The notes beneath the pieces were generated by a model. The model had not been told where the DNA came from. It worked only from the letters and a program-made list of their open reading frames with translations, and did no database searches. 64,000 nt of DNA from Dudresnaya verticillata (Eukaryota): the NCBI GenBank assembly GCA_977862235.1, contig OZ374557.1:1860001-1924000 (forward strand), in the 5' to 3' direction. The number at the start of each line of letters is the position of its first letter. Position 1 is the stretch's first letter. Shown here piece after piece: positions 35,156 through 48,476 of the stretch. The position numbers and the translations under genes are program-made.

Positions 35156-35929
35156 CGTAGTATAGACGTCGGGTCGATCCGACGTCTGATACTTGCTGGT
35201 CCGAAGCCGCCACACAGACCCGTCGATGGGTAGCTGTTGGGGTTGGTAGAGCGGTGTCGGCCGCGTGCGCCCCGCAGGTGCGGATCGACGGCGTCGATGC
35301 GGGAGCGCGCACGGGGCGTACCGTACGCGGGTAGACAGCGGCCGGATCCCAGCGTCCCTGTCGAAGGGCGGCACGAAGCCGACGGAAAGGAAAAGGAAAG
35401 AGGAAAGCCTAGCGAGGCAAGGGGAAAAAAGGGAAACCGCCCGCTGGCGTAAGACAAAAGGATCGAACCCGAAAAGGCTGGGGGCAAGCTTGAGCACGAG
35501 CTGTTGATTTCCCGGTTTACTGAGCCGTCGATGGCCGATGGTCTTAAATACCCTCCACTATGTGCACTACGACTACTTCTACAGTAGGTGCGCCCCACAA
35601 CACCAACGCGGGAGGTGTGCGAGCGCGCGCCCATACACGTGTCGACACGTCCGGGTAACGGTTACCCGTGGGCGCGCGCGGGGCGTAACGGGCAGCAGCC
35701 CTCTCAACGGCTCGGTGCCGGAGAGCGTCACAGGGGCGCGCCGTGTGCGGCACGGCGCGCGGCCGCTGCCGGCAGCAATGCGGTCTACCGCTACTAATTC
35801 AACGAAAAAACTAAGGGCACGCTGCCCAACCACGACTCGCCAGCGGGCGTCATCGTGTGCACAATACAGCGCAGGGCTGCCAGCATACCTTACAGCCGCT
35901 GCTGGTAGGGTGCTGACAGCTATACTACA
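35156..35929 (-). repeat. 3' LTR of element B
   Basis: Copy of 47517-48290. Confidence 0.95.
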
Positions 35930-36018
35930 CGGCCCCCCTCAAGCGTGAGCGCCCCGCTCACGGCCGTTGAGGTTTTCCCGGGGCCACGATGGCAATCCCG
36001 AGTGGCCGTTGACAATGA

Positions 36019-38133
36019 TTGGCACGCGCACCCGTCGACGGTGTATGCGCGTGCCCGCCCGTCTGCACCGCTGCGCATATAAGGATCACCGCGGAGTCGG
36101 CGCTGGGGAGGTTGCGGGTATCGCTCTCCACGACCCCCCCCTCTTCGCCCACACGCTTCAGCACACCAGTGACCGCTGTCGTGTGTGTGTGCCGCGCTAC
36201 GCTTTCTCCACCCCTTCGCTCGACGCGATTACCCACGTCGACGTGCGGTATGGCCAAGACGCGCTCGTCTGCCACCCGAGGCGCCCCTGACGAAGGGGAA
36301 CCTGCAACCACGCCGCCGCTGCCCGCTGGTGCGCCATCGACGGCTGTACCGGCGGAACCGGTGGCGGATGCCCAGCAACCCCAGGCGCAGGATGCGCTTG
36401 GGGAAGGCGCCGCTGCGCTGCCACACCCACCGCCAGCTGCGGTGGCCGCTTCGGCGCCCAGTGGCCTCGCTGCCGCTTCGGCGGCTGGGGCCGGCGCCGC
36501 TGCGCATATCGGTTCATCAGCTGCCGACCAAGCTGGAGCGGGCGCCGCTGCGCCCGCCAAGACATCGGTGATGCGTCCCGCCGCTGCGGTTGACACGTCT
36601 CCCGCCGACGTGCCCCCAGATCCAGCAGCTGCTGCGCTGGCTCGGGGCAAGGCGATCCGATCTCTGCCGAGCTACGAGGAGGTCGAGGTGGCCACCCAAG
36701 ACACGCCGCTGCGAGGATTGGGAGGCCTGGACCGGAGTGGGGCGGCCGCTGCCGCCCCATGCCCAGAGGAGGCGGCTCCGGTCGCCGTGCCCTTCACTGC
36801 TCCGCGCATCGATGGGCCACCCGTGGCCCGTGCCCTCGATCTGATGGGGTCGTCGACGGCCTCCGCGTCAAGGGGGAGCAGGATGCCGCCCGCTGCGGCT
36901 CCGTTTGTGCCCCGCCGGGGCCTTAGCGTCTCGGTGCAAGGCGAGCCCGGAGCAGGGGCGTCGACCGCCCCCGGCACAAGCGTGGCCGCTGCCATTGAAT
37001 CGTCATCGGCCGCTGCCGTGGCTCCCCCTCTGCCGGTCGTCACCATGCGAGGGGTGTCTCTGACGATTGGGCCCCGGCGACTCGGTGTCGCGGTGCCCAA
37101 TGCAGATGCATTGCCTCCCACTGTCTGCGCGTGGGAGGCACCGCGCCACCAGATCCCGCTGGACCAGTGGTGGCGGTTGCCCGTGCAAAGGATTGACGTC
37201 GAACGTCTCCTGCGTGTGGCAGATGCGAGCGATGATGGCGGGGCCGCTGCCTACAACGCCTTCATGCCCGCATCGCAGGTATGGCTCGTGCAGAACGGCC
37301 TACCGTGTGATGTTTCGTTCGTCACCACGATCAAGCCGCTGCTGATCGTGGATAAGGGCGCTGAAGCACTTTTTGTGAAACCCGTCGATGGGTCCCACAA
37401 GCCCCTCGCGGCCTCGTTGGCCTGGTTGAGGGACGTCCCCATCGAGGAGACGCCGGAGAAGGCGCGAGGTCTGGCCGATGCCGACTGCGTGCGCCGCCTC
37501 CTCGGCCTATGTATGGGGGAGCGGGACTGGGCAAACTGCCGCGCCCCTGGTGATGGGCTCATCACCACGGGTGCAAGCCTACACCCGGCGCTCGACGCGT
37601 CTTGGTTCCCCTCAGCGGAGTGGTATTCGCACCGGGACGTGCCCGCTGGCATGATCGTCCCGTGGCCCAGCATCGAGCGGTATTTCCACTACGCCACGGC
37701 GGGGAACGAGGCAGTTCGTCGAGAGCTCCTCGGTAGGCGCTCCGACGAGTATGCCTTTGAGGTAGGGCGTCGCTACGCCTCCGACATCCTATCGAAGGAG
37801 ATTTGCTGGGTCCTCGACGACCGCATTTTGGTGTACCTCGACGTACTGTGGCGCAGAAGGCACCCGGGCTTCCCACGCCTCCGAGGCGCGGCAGGCCCGG
37901 ACAACACATCGGTGACGTTCGAGTTCACGCAGCTGCTGAACACGACGCGCTTCGTGGTCGCTGCCAGAGAGAAGCACACCCGTCGCCGCCACTTTGCAAC
38001 ACGCGTCCACGCGTTCATTTGCGGGGTCAACCCGGTGGCGGGGACCTTTCACAAGATCCAACGCGCGCGCGCCGCGGAAGGATCGTGGATACGCCTCGAT
38101 GGCGGACATGGCCCGCGTCGAGCGGGCCGCTAG
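36019..38133 (+). CDS. Antisense extra ORF of element B, unknown function; likely ATG ~36250, possibly continuing to ~39153
   Basis: 704-codon open frame; Ala/Pro-rich N-terminus, then a globular core alignable with the A and C antisense ORFs. Confidence 0.7.
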   Translation: MARAPVDGVCACPPVCTAAHIRITAESALGRLRVSLSTTPPSSPTRFSTPVTAVVCVCRATLSPPLRSTRLPTSTCGMAKTRSSATRGAPDEGEPATTPPLPAGAPSTAVPAEPVADAQQPQAQDALGEGAAALPHPPPAAVAASAPSGLAAASAAGAGAAAHIGSSAADQAGAGAAAPAKTSVMRPAAAVDTSPADVPPDPAAAALARGKAIRSLPSYEEVEVATQDTPLRGLGGLDRSGAAAAAPCPEEAAPVAVPFTAPRIDGPPVARALDLMGSSTASASRGSRMPPAAAPFVPRRGLSVSVQGEPGAGASTAPGTSVAAAIESSSAAAVAPPLPVVTMRGVSLTIGPRRLGVAVPNADALPPTVCAWEAPRHQIPLDQWWRLPVQRIDVERLLRVADASDDGGAAAYNAFMPASQVWLVQNGLPCDVSFVTTIKPLLIVDKGAEALFVKPVDGSHKPLAASLAWLRDVPIEETPEKARGLADADCVRRLLGLCMGERDWANCRAPGDGLITTGASLHPALDASWFPSAEWYSHRDVPAGMIVPWPSIERYFHYATAGNEAVRRELLGRRSDEYAFEVGRRYASDILSKEICWVLDDRILVYLDVLWRRRHPGFPRLRGAAGPDNTSVTFEFTQLLNTTRFVVAAREKHTRRRHFATRVHAFICGVNPVAGTFHKIQRARAAEGSWIRLDGGHGPRRAGR

Positions 38134-40474
38134 GCCACGCGCCCGTCGGGGCATAGGTGGGGCATCCAAGTCGGCCGCTGCCGTTATGGCCTCGGAGGCC
38201 GAGCCCTACTTACCACCGGTGCCACGCGCCGCGGCACCGGCTCCTCGAGCTGCGGCACCATCTCCCCCGGCCGCTGCCATGGGGGTGGGGGTCAGGAGAG
38301 GCAGGCAGCGGTCAATCCGCTGCCCACCACCTATACGCCGTCGAGGCAGGCGGTGAGGTATGGCCCACCGCCGTCGATGACGGTGGCCGCTTATATACCG
38401 CCGCCCACAACCGATGCGCTCGACGCGCCTGCGCCGGAGAGCTTCTGGAGCGACCAAAATGTACGCCGCGCCGCGGCGCTGGTACAGTTGGGTGAGGACG
38501 CACCGCTGCCCACTCTCGTTGCCGCCTTTGCGGCCCCATCTAGCGGGGACGCATGACTATCTCGCCGCTGCGAACGCCATCGCCCTCCGCTACCGCACCG
38601 AGCGGCACAGGTTTGCGCACGATGCGCAACGACTGCAGGAAGAGCTGAGCCGCACTGCCCCTCATCTCTAGTCGTCGGGTCCCTCGGCAAGCGGCCACGA
38701 GAGGAGTACCAGCCGCCCCCGACGCTTCCGCCGACGCAGCAGCCGATGCCGTCATATGCGCCAGAGCAGGCTGGGCAGCAACCGATGCTGCCTTATGCCG
38801 TCGGGCCCGCTGGCCATATGCTCCCATGGGGGCCCTCCGGCTACACCCCATCGATGGTGGTGCAGGGCAGTGGTGTCCCACAGCAACCGGGCGCCGCTGC
38901 GCCCGTCCCCCCGAGCTACGTACCGCAGGGGTATGGTCCCCCAGTGGGGCAAGTAAGCCCTGCTGGTTTAGCGGCCGCTGCCGCTGGCGCCGCTGCGGTG
39001 TACCACGCGTCGGGTACCGCGGCGGGCGCTGCTGCGCCAACTCAGCCGCGCGCTGCGGCTGAGGTGGCCGGCTATGACCCCTCCGCCCCTGGCTTTGCGT
39101 CATCGACGACTGCTCAGCCGGGAGCGGGGGCCGGGGACAACGCTGCCCAATAATGCGATCGACGCATAGATTTCGAGGGCGCTGCGGCACCCAGCGATTT
39201 GAGCGCCGCTGCGCCTTTTAGTCCAGTTACGCCGCTGCGTCTATAGACATGTTAAACGGGAAAGGGGTGGGACAGGGCTTCGGCCCGCGTCGATGCGACC
39301 TTCTTTTTGGCGAAGCGTTCGCCGGCGCAGCAGCTCACCATATCGGGCCGCTGATCACGGTGAATGCTGCGCGTGCGTCGAGCCCGCGTGCATCGCCACT
39401 GCGCTACGACAGCGGTCGTCTCGGCGCGGGGATTGCGTGAGCCGCTGCTCAGCCGCAATAGGCAAGCGTGCCGATCCCATGTGGCCCCCCAGCGCCGCTG
39501 CGCGGTATGCCGCCTTGGTATGGGGGAGACCACAGTGGTTTGCCCTTACACGCCCGTCTTGGAGCGCCTGGTGCCACTGCGGCTAGCTTCGGCGAGGCCG
39601 CTGCCTCGCACCCACTTGCCGGCGGCGCGCCGCTTCTGGCTACTCGATCAGCCGCTGCTGTTGCCCGCACCGGGAGGCGGTTTGCGCCCAAATTATAGCC
39701 AATCGTTGGCTGGGGATTTTTCGCAACCCCTTGCATTGGCTGTTGCCTTTCGGCCCGCTGGCCTGGTTGGGTGTTTCCCGACCCCCGGCTACAGTACGTA
39801 CTGTAGCCGGAACAGTTTTCACGCTCGATGCGCTGCGTGCGCCCCGCACCGAGGCGCACGCCAAAAGTGACATTCGCTTTTGGGGTGCCGTTGCACATCG
39901 AGTGCAACGGCACTCCGGTGCATCCGAGTGAAATGGCGATCGGGCCGCTGCCCTTTGTCCCAAACCACTTCGCTTCGATAGCGACGGCCTTGGGCGCGTC
40001 GATCCGCCCGCTCCGCACTCACGCTGGTGTGACCCCTCCTCGCTCAGCAGCCGCTGCGGCTGGCGCGTTGGGTTGCACTGGCGTGAGGAACGGTAGCGCC
40101 GCATTCGGGGAGCTGGTTAGCGGCTTCGGTAGCCGCTGTTAAGCGCCCCTTACCTTGCGCGCGTGAGGCGTCGACGCCCGTCACGCGCGAAGGCGAGGTA
40201 GCGGCTGCGTCTCCTCGCCGCTTACGAGTGCGTGCGACCAGCCCGGGGCCGCTGCCCCAGGCTTGATTAGCTGCCAGCCGCCCTGCGCGCCTCGATGCGC
40301 CGTAATCAGCGCTCTGCTGCCCCTCTTGCGCTGCTGCCGCTGCCGCTGGCGCAAGGGTGACCTGTCTGGGCTCGGTGCCCAGTGCAGGGTAGGGTGAGGC
40401 ATCGATTGCCTTCGCAAAAAGGCAACGAATGCCTGCGGCCCCCTCCTCAAGCGCGAGGCGCCCCCGCCGAGGGG

Positions 40475-43400
40475 TTATGAGGAGGAGCGAACGGCTTCGA
40501 GCCGGTTGGTGTTTCGCCGCCGCTGCGATGCGAAGTAGTGGCTCACTATCTCCCCGGGGAGATGAGAACGTGGCTCCCACGTCGGCTTGCGGTAGCCGGT
40601 CCACTTCACCTTGAACACGAGCGTGCCATCGTCGGCAGTGCCGTGGTCAAGGACCTTATCCACCACGAACCGCGGGCCGTCGAAGGCTTTGGACGCTAGT
40701 TCTTCAGTGGTGGGTAAGTATGCACTGCGCTGCGCAGTATCCTCCCGCAGCGGCGGGGGACAGTAGACGGCGTGGTCCGCTGCGATGCGTTCGACCAAGC
40801 CGCCTCTGTCGATAAACAGCGTGCGCTTGTCGTTAAGCAGCACGCGGTAGGGTCCGATCGCTGGGCTCTGGAGCTTCTTGGGTTTCTTAACCCCGTCGCT
40901 CGCGTCGATGAAGACGTAGTCTCCCGCTCGAATGTGGGAGTTGACTTTTCTGACACGCTTGTCGAAGTCTTTCTTGCAACGTCGCTGCGTTTTGTCGAGA
41001 GCGCTCGATGCGTTTTCGAAGGCGGCGTCGAGCCGCTTGAGGAAGTCCGCGCGCACGTCCTCACTAGGTTTCGGTCTGACCGCTGCCTTATGAAACTTAG
41101 TGAACTCCGGCGGCGGCCGGGACAGCACGAGGCTGAAGGGTGTCATCCGCGTCGTGCGATGGACATGGCAGTTGTAGGAATACGTCAACGCCGCTGCGTA
41201 TCGATCCCAGTCGTCCTGGAGATCGTTGATGTAATTCCTCAACATGGCCATGACGGTCCGGTTGTAGCGCTCAACCTGACCGTTCGCCTGCGGGTGGTAG
41301 GCGGACTTGAACACGTTGTTCAGTCTGAGGTAGCGGCACACTGCCTGAAAGAACTTAGAGGTGAATTGCTTCCCGTTGTCGGACAACAGAGACCTCGGTG
41401 GTCCATAGTGGAAGCTCCACCTCTCACAGAACGCCACTGCAACGTGGTACGCTGTGATGGTGCGCAGCGGCGCTACTTGAGTCAGCTTCGTGAAGCGATC
41501 TGTCATGACGAGCAGGAATCGCTTTCCTGGCTTCGTCTTGGGCAGCGGCCCTAGGATATCGATCGCGAGCGACTCGAGCAGCCTCGCGGCCGGGAACAAC
41601 TTCAACCGATGAAGGGACCTCCGCAAGCGTATGCGGTTCCTGGCACAGTGCCGACCGTTCCGAACTGTCATGGCTATGTCCGCTGACATGTGTGGCCAGT
41701 AATAGCTCTCGCGGAGCGTGTAGAACATCCTGTTCTGGCCAGGGTGGACAGCCAGGAGGGAGTGGTATGCGAGCGTGAGAAGCCGCGGCTGTAGCGCTTC
41801 GGGCACCACTATTTGCTCCAACGAGGAGATGACGGGGTGACGCCGGCACAAGAGCCCGTCCTCGTCCTCGAAGAAGTGGCTATCCCGACGGGACTGCCGT
41901 GCCAACACTGTTTGGCAAAAAGAATCGCGCCGCTGCGCATCCACCAACTCCTCGACGGTTTTGGTGAAGGGAGCTTCACCGGTTCGACCCGGGTGAGGTC
42001 CCTCGGCTCTTGGCTCGCGTCGATGCGGCCAAGGTCGAAGAGGTCGACGTCGTCGCAGTCGTCCCAGGCTTCGTCGTCGGCACGCCCCGGTGGCTCGTCG
42101 CTGTCCGAGGGCTCCTTGGCTTCGCTGCCAGTGCCGCCCACTGCAGCCGGTCGATCCGGCGCCTTCCGCGTCGACGCGTTGGCTTGGGACCGCGTGGTCA
42201 GCAAGACCGACGGTGTCTTGGGTTCGGTACCCGAGGCACCCTCCTTCTGGCGGTCGACCGCCGGGGGGTCGTAGGTAGGGACGTTGTCGTCAACCTCCTC
42301 CTGCTGCCATCGAGGCCTCACCAGGCGGGACAGCGCGTCCGGCACCTGGTGTACCCTACCCGGGCGGTACTCGATCTGGAAGTCGAATTCCGCGAGTCGT
42401 AACCGCCAGCGGGTGAGGTGACCGGACGAATCGGTCAAGGACATGAGCCAGCGCAAGGCGTCATGGTCGGTTCGTACCGTGAAGCGGGTCCCTTCGATGT
42501 AGGGACGCAGGGTTGTGATCGACCACACCACTGCAAAGCACTCGCGCTCCATGGCCCAGTAGTTTCGCTCCGCTGAGCTTAGTGAGTAAGACCAGTACCC
42601 AACGGGGTGTAACTGGCCATCCTCTTGCTCCTGGAGCAGGGCGCATCCAAGCTGGTACGCCGATGTGTCCGTGTCGAGGACGTACGGCTTGCCCTCGCGA
42701 GGAAGCCGTAGGATAGGAGGCGATAAGATTGTCGCTCGCAGCGTCTCGAATGCCTCTAGCGCCGCTGCGCTTGGATTATCGAAATCCACATCCGCATCCT
42801 TGCGGGTCATATCCGTCAGCGGACGAGCGATCTTCGAGAAGTTCCTGACGAAGCGGCGGTAAACGTTACACGCCCCGAGGAACGACCTCACCTTCGTTAG
42901 GGAGGCCGGGAACTGCGCATGGCGGAACGCGTCGATGCTTGTCTTCGCCATGCGTAGTTTCCCCGTCTCGAGCACGTGACCGAGGTAGTCCACGCGGGAC
43001 TGGAAGAAGTGGCACTTCTTCAGCTTCAGGGACACGTCTCCCTTGCGAAGCAGAGTAAGCACGCGGTCTAGGTGACCGACGTGCTCCGCGATCGACCGCG
43101 AGAATATGATCACATCATCGAGCTAGATCAAACAACACTGCCATCTAACTCCGCTGAGTATGATGTCCAGTGCACGCTGGAAAGTCACAGGGGCGTTCTT
43201 CAGTCCGAAGGGCATCCGCAGGTAGCGGAACGTCCCTAGGAACGTCGTGAACGTGGTCTTATCCCTGTCAGCCGCTGCGACAGGGATTTGCCAGTACCCC
43301 GCGTTACAATCCAGCGTGGAGAAAATGGCAGCGTCGCCAAGACTGTCGATACAGTCATCCATGCGTGGGAGTGGGTACGCATCGCTCAGGGTTTTGGTGT

Positions 43401-45145
43401 TAAGACCTCGATAGTCCACACAAAACCTGAGCGTGCCATCCTTCTTGGGCGTCAGAATGACTGGCGATGCCCACTCCGACGTGGCGGGTTCGATTACCCC
43501 TACACGCAGCATGGTCTCGACCTCGTTCTGTACGAGCTTCCACATAGCGGGGCCCTGTCGATAGGGCATTGAGCGAATCGGCCGCGTGCCGGGTTCCACG
43601 TCGATGTGGTGTTGTGTAGCGGAAATCGTGCCTAGCCTCCCGTCCCACATGGACTGATGCTTCCGAAGCATGGCGCGGACTTCTTCACGGGTGACCTTGT
43701 CTTCGATAGACGAAAGGTCCACCTGCGACTCCCAGTCCTCGATGGACTCTCTTTTCTCCGCCGCTGCGGTTGCTGCCCCTTGGAGCTTTGTGGGCTCGGG
43801 GCCCCTCGCCATCGACGGCGTGACTGGGGGGTCGTTGCTCCCCTTGCCCCTGGGCCGCTGCCCTTTGTGGGGAAGGGTGGTGATATTCATCACCCTCCCG
43901 AACTCTTCCGCGACGTCGCGGTCCGGGGTTATTAGGGCGACTGGGTTGCGGACCGCATAGCCAACCACGGTACCCTTCGGTAGGGTCCGGGCTTTGTCCG
44001 TCCAGTTGCCCAAGATAACCCCGAAGGGTCGCCCCGACTCGATGTCGTGCACCCCGTTGGTCAGTCTCACGCCGTGGCGGAACTGCAACGAGGGTTTGGG
44101 CTCCGTGTGGATTAACCCACTAGCCCCCGAAGTCACCGAGACGAGCCTCTGCGAGTGGGCTGGGACAACGACCTGCCTAGCGAGGCGTATGGTGTGGGTA
44201 TCGTGATTCCAGTCGAGGAGCTCCCGCTGGTGCTTCTTCGACAAACCCCGTCGATGGGTTCTTCGGCGGCGTTGCCGGACCGGTTCCCTCGCTAGGGTTC
44301 CTGCGGCTGAGGATGGGCACCGAGCCTCCTTTCCTCAGCGTCAGCCTTCTCGACTCGACGTCGATTCCGCGCACGTGCGCGTTGATAAACTGCGTGCCTA
44401 TCAGTACGTCGACCGCGAGCGTGTCGGCGACGATGAAAGGCACGCGGAACGTCGTGTTCCCCAACCTCATCGAGAGGTGGACGACGCCGGACAGCCTCAG
44501 CGGAGTCTTGTCGGCGCCTGCCAGGCGTGGCGCGGAGTCGATCTCTGACGCGTTTTCCTCCCAGCCTGCGGGCAGGGCACCTCGAGCGATGAGGTTGTAC
44601 CCGGAGCCGGTGTCCACCGCGCTTGTGTGGGGTATCATAACCCGCGGGTCCGCACCGAGGGACCCGGACACTCGGTAAATCTCGGAGGAGGCACACGTAC
44701 CCATCGGGGGTAGTGGCCGGCTCTGCGTCGATGCAGGGAGCCCCGGTACCCTCGCGTCGAGCGTCGGGTACCGCCTGTCCCCGCCGTCGGGGAGCTGCGC
44801 CCTTTCCGCCTGGCCTGTCGCTTGCATCGACGCCGCGGCGGCCAGGGTGGTTTGGTGCGCGTCGCCCACGACGTCCCGTCGACCGGGACATCGTTCGTGT
44901 CCTTCGAAGCGCCGCTGCGCTCGACGTGGGGGCTCGCTACCCCCAACGCCGTCGAAGGTGAAACGGACGGTGGGTCTGGTGTTGGACAAGACGGTGCGCG
45001 CGACCGCACGAGCGGCGCCGCCTTTATTCTTTTTCCGGATCGACCCGGTCAGAATTATCCTCGGAATCCGAACTTTCGTGCTCGATTCCGATTGGGTGTT
45101 TCGTAACCCCTGAGGCGCCTCGCGTCGATCGCGGAGGCGTGTCAA
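40475..45145 (-). pseudogene. pol: Pol of element B in four pieces (PR, RT, RT/RH, IN + chromodomain)
   Basis: VDTGSG, FCVDYR, MPFGL, stop in place of Y in YLDD, TDH, SDNGKQF, NGQVERYN, FKVKWTGY..PTWEP. Confidence 0.95.
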
Positions 45146-47449
45146 AAAGGAGAGGGGAATCGCTTCCCTGCCCGCTGGCTGTTTCTCCTTTGTGCCGCGC
45201 GTCGAGCGCTTGCGGAAGCCACTCGTCGGCGGTGAGGCCGGTGTGCTCCTGCACCGTCATAACTGCTCGAAGCAGTTCGCGGCGCGGGTCGGCCCTCGGA
45301 GGCGTCGATGCCTGAGGTTGACGGCCAGCGGGCTCGTCGAAGCCGACCCGCTTATCGCGCAGCAGGAACCGCGGTGCGTCGCCTTGGCGGTACTCGCGGC
45401 GTGGGTCTCGACGATCCCAGCGGTACCCCTGCGGCTCTCCGTGGTACCTTGGTGCGCCCATGCGCTGCGGGGGACCTCTCGCGTCGAAGCGTCGGTCCCC
45501 ACCCCGCGGCGCGTCGTAGCGCCGTGCGGGGCTCCTTGTCCTTGCGCCCGCTGGCGCGCGCTCGTCGATGAGCTGTTGTAGCATATTGCGCGAATGCGGC
45601 TGCGTTTCCATTCGATGGTTGCAGTTCGCATACGCGCAGTACGTCTGCTGTTCCTTCGTGAGGTACGGGCACGAATACATGATGTGCCCGACCTCGCGGC
45701 AGAACCAGCAGATGTACCATCCCTGTCGATCAGGGATGACTGCGCGTGCCATCGCCTCCTGCGTTGGAGTGAGCGGTGGTATGCGCTTGGGTAGGACCGC
45801 TTCGATGCGTCCTGTAATGTCGAGGGTCTCGACAGCCTCGGTCGACCCGGCTGTCGATAGCGCGGGCGCGACCATCACGGGCTCGAACCCGTCGGCGTCG
45901 GGGTCCACCAGCATTGTGCTGTCGATAGCAACGTCCCCGCTGGGATAACTTGGTGGACCCTCGATGAGCAGTGTACGGCCGCCTGCCGAGCTGCCACCTG
46001 ACCTTCCGCGTCCCGAGGTGTTCGTAGGCTGCGCTGCCTTTGCCGAACGGGCGCGGTAGGTTGTGCCCTCGCTATGGGCAGTCCGACGAACGGTACTAAA
46101 ATTGGTCTGTTCGACCATAGGCAGCTGCCTGACCTTCTCCGCCACTGCGGGTCTTGCCGTGGGCAGCAGGCCCCGAAGGAACTGATGCGTCAAGTTCTCA
46201 TCGGAGTACACTCCAGCGCAGGCGTCCGCATACCCTTCGAGGCGAGTAGCGAACTCAAGCTCAGACTCGGCGTCCCTCTGCTTGGCGGTGGTCAGCCGGT
46301 CATGGGCGTCTGCGATGACGTCGTCCGTGATGAACCTCTCGACGAGGGTATTGACCACCGAGGCCCAGCAGGGTGGGGTGCCGCGCTGCGCTGTGCGCAC
46401 CCCAGAGAACAGGTGACTCGAGTACACCTGCGACGCGGTTCCATCGAGGAACCAGGACACCACCCGCGCCGCTGCGCCTTCGGATAGTCCAACGCCATTG
46501 AATGCTTGGCGTAGCTGTCGAAGCACACCAAGCAGGCGAATCGGCTCCTTGCCGTCGAACCGGTCGAGCCGGGGCATCAGGGCCTTCATGCGGCTGACAA
46601 TCTTCGCAGTGTTGCCGCTGCACACCTGCTGTTGATTGTCCCGCTGATCGACGTCATCGAGACGGTACGAGCGGTAGTCAATCGACTTAGCGAACTCTGG
46701 CACCAGCGTGGTTAAAGGCTCGATGCCTGCCATGAGTGGGGCCCAATGCCAACAGGCAGAGACGGGCCCTCGTGCTGTCGGGGTGTCGGTCCCCCCTTTG
46801 TGTTTTGCCCGTCGAGGGCTTGTTGGAGCAACCTGGGGTCGACCCCGTAGAACGGATTGGGGTCCCCACTCGGATGGTGCGACCCCGCCGCACTCCTCGG
46901 TGGAGATGGCGGTGGTGAAGGAAAGCGATGCCGAGCTCGTTGCTCGGCAAGTATGGCAGCGGCCAATTCTTGAACTGTACCCGCTGGTGACTGCGGTCGC
47001 GGAGGAGAGCGCTGCGCCGACGACGGGCCTGTAGCCCGCTGGCGTTGCCGCGTCAGCGCGCGCTCTATCAACTCAACGCGGCGGCGTAGCTCATCGAGGA
47101 GCCCCTGTGACCGGGTTATTCCGTCCTCGATGGACGCCAAAGGACCGCGTCGAAGCGTGTCCAGGTCTTGCTGGCCGTCGGCCTTCGCCGCAGCTATCGA
47201 AGCTGTAAGGTGGTCGTACACCTCGGCTAGCGAGTCCATGGTCTCTTCATACAGCAGCTGGAGGTCGGCCACCGAGACCAGACTCCCGGCGAGGGCCTTT
47301 TGAAGTGCGGCCCTCCGCTCGAGCCTCACATCGTGTAGAGGAGTACCGGAGACGCCGATGGTACTCAGTATTGAGGTGCGACGCGTCGCGTCCTCAACGT
47401 TTCCGGCAGCGGCCGATGCGGCAGCGGCCGGGTCAGGAGGACTCGACAT
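45024..47449 (-). pseudogene. gag: Gag of element B (two frameshifted ORFs, 46712-47449 and 45024-46733)
   Basis: DYRSYRL block like A gag SYRTYRL; knuckle CWFCREVGHIMYSC. Confidence 0.88.
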
Positions 47450-47497
47450 CCTTTACTTCGATCGCGTCGATGCGAGAAGTACTTGGGTCTCGATGAC

Positions 47498-47515
47498 TTC
47501 TAGGTCGGGAGACCA
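47498..47515 (-). promoter_or_regulatory. Primer binding site of element B
   Basis: TGGTCTCCCGACCTAGAA, identical to that of element A. Confidence 0.9.
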
Positions 47516-47516
47516 G

Positions 47517-48290
47517 TGTAGTATAGACGTCGGGTCGATCCGACGTCTGATACTTGCTGGTCCGAAGCCGCCACACAGATCCGTCGATGGGTAGCTGTTG
47601 GGGTTGGTAGAGCGGTGTCGGCCGCGTGCGCCCAGCAGGTATGGATCGACGGCGTCGATGCCGGAGCGCGCACGGGGCGTACCGTACGCGGGTAGGCAGC
47701 GACCGGGTCCCAGCGTCCCTGTCGAAGGGCGGCACGAAGCCGACGGAAAGGAAAAGGAAAGCGGAAAGTCTAGCGAGGCAAGGGGAAAAAGGGAAACCGC
47801 CCGCTGGCGTAAGAAAAAGGGATCGAACCCGAAAAGGCTGGGGGCAAGCTTCAGCGCGAGCTGTTGCTTTCCCGGTTTACTGAGCCGTCGATGGCCGACG
47901 GTCTTAAATACCCTCCACTATGTGCACTACGACTACTTCTACAGTAGGTGCGCCCCACAACACCAACGCGGGAGGTGTGCGAGCGCGCGCCCATACACGT
48001 GTCGACACGTCCGGGTAACGGTTACCCGTGGGCGCGCGCGGGGCGTAACGGGCAGCGGCCCTCTCAACGGCTCGATGCCGGAGAGCGTCACAGGGGCGCG
48101 CCGTGTGCGGCACGGCGCGCGGCCGCTGCCGGCAGCAATGCGGTCGACCGCTACTAATTCAATGAAAAAACTAAGGGCACGCTGCCCAACCACGACTCGC
48201 CAGCGGGCGTCATCGTGTGCAACATTACAGCGCAGGGCTGCCAGCATACCTTACAGCCGTTGCTGGTAGGGTGCTGACAGCTATACTACA
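47517..48290 (-). repeat. 5' LTR of element B
   Basis: Copy of 35156-35929. Confidence 0.95.
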
Positions 48291-48295
48291 ATCAA

Positions 48296-48449
48296 TAATA
48301 CCTCTGCTGCCTTTCGACTCCTCCACTGTATGAATATCAGGCCGACGGCCGGCCTGATTTTGCTGTCCGTAGTAGCCCTTAGAAGTCAATATGACTTTAT
48401 CCGTAACAGTCCTGCTCCGTCGAGCAGTCAGTACTGTGGAAGTACGACA
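48296..48449 (-). repeat. Copia 3' LTR, right part
   Basis: Matches 54781-54934; preceded on the minus strand by PPT-like GAAAAAGTTTTGGGAG. Confidence 0.95.
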
Positions 48450-48476
48450 CTCCCAAAACTTTTTCGCTTGACAAAC

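Larger units (their letters stand above)
35156..48290 (-). mobile_element. Full-length, degenerate Ty3/gypsy chromovirus B
   Basis: 774-bp LTRs ((T/C)GTAGTATAG...CTATACTACA), TSD ATCAA (35151-35155 and 48291-48295), PBS, PPT at ~35930-35940. Confidence 0.97.
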
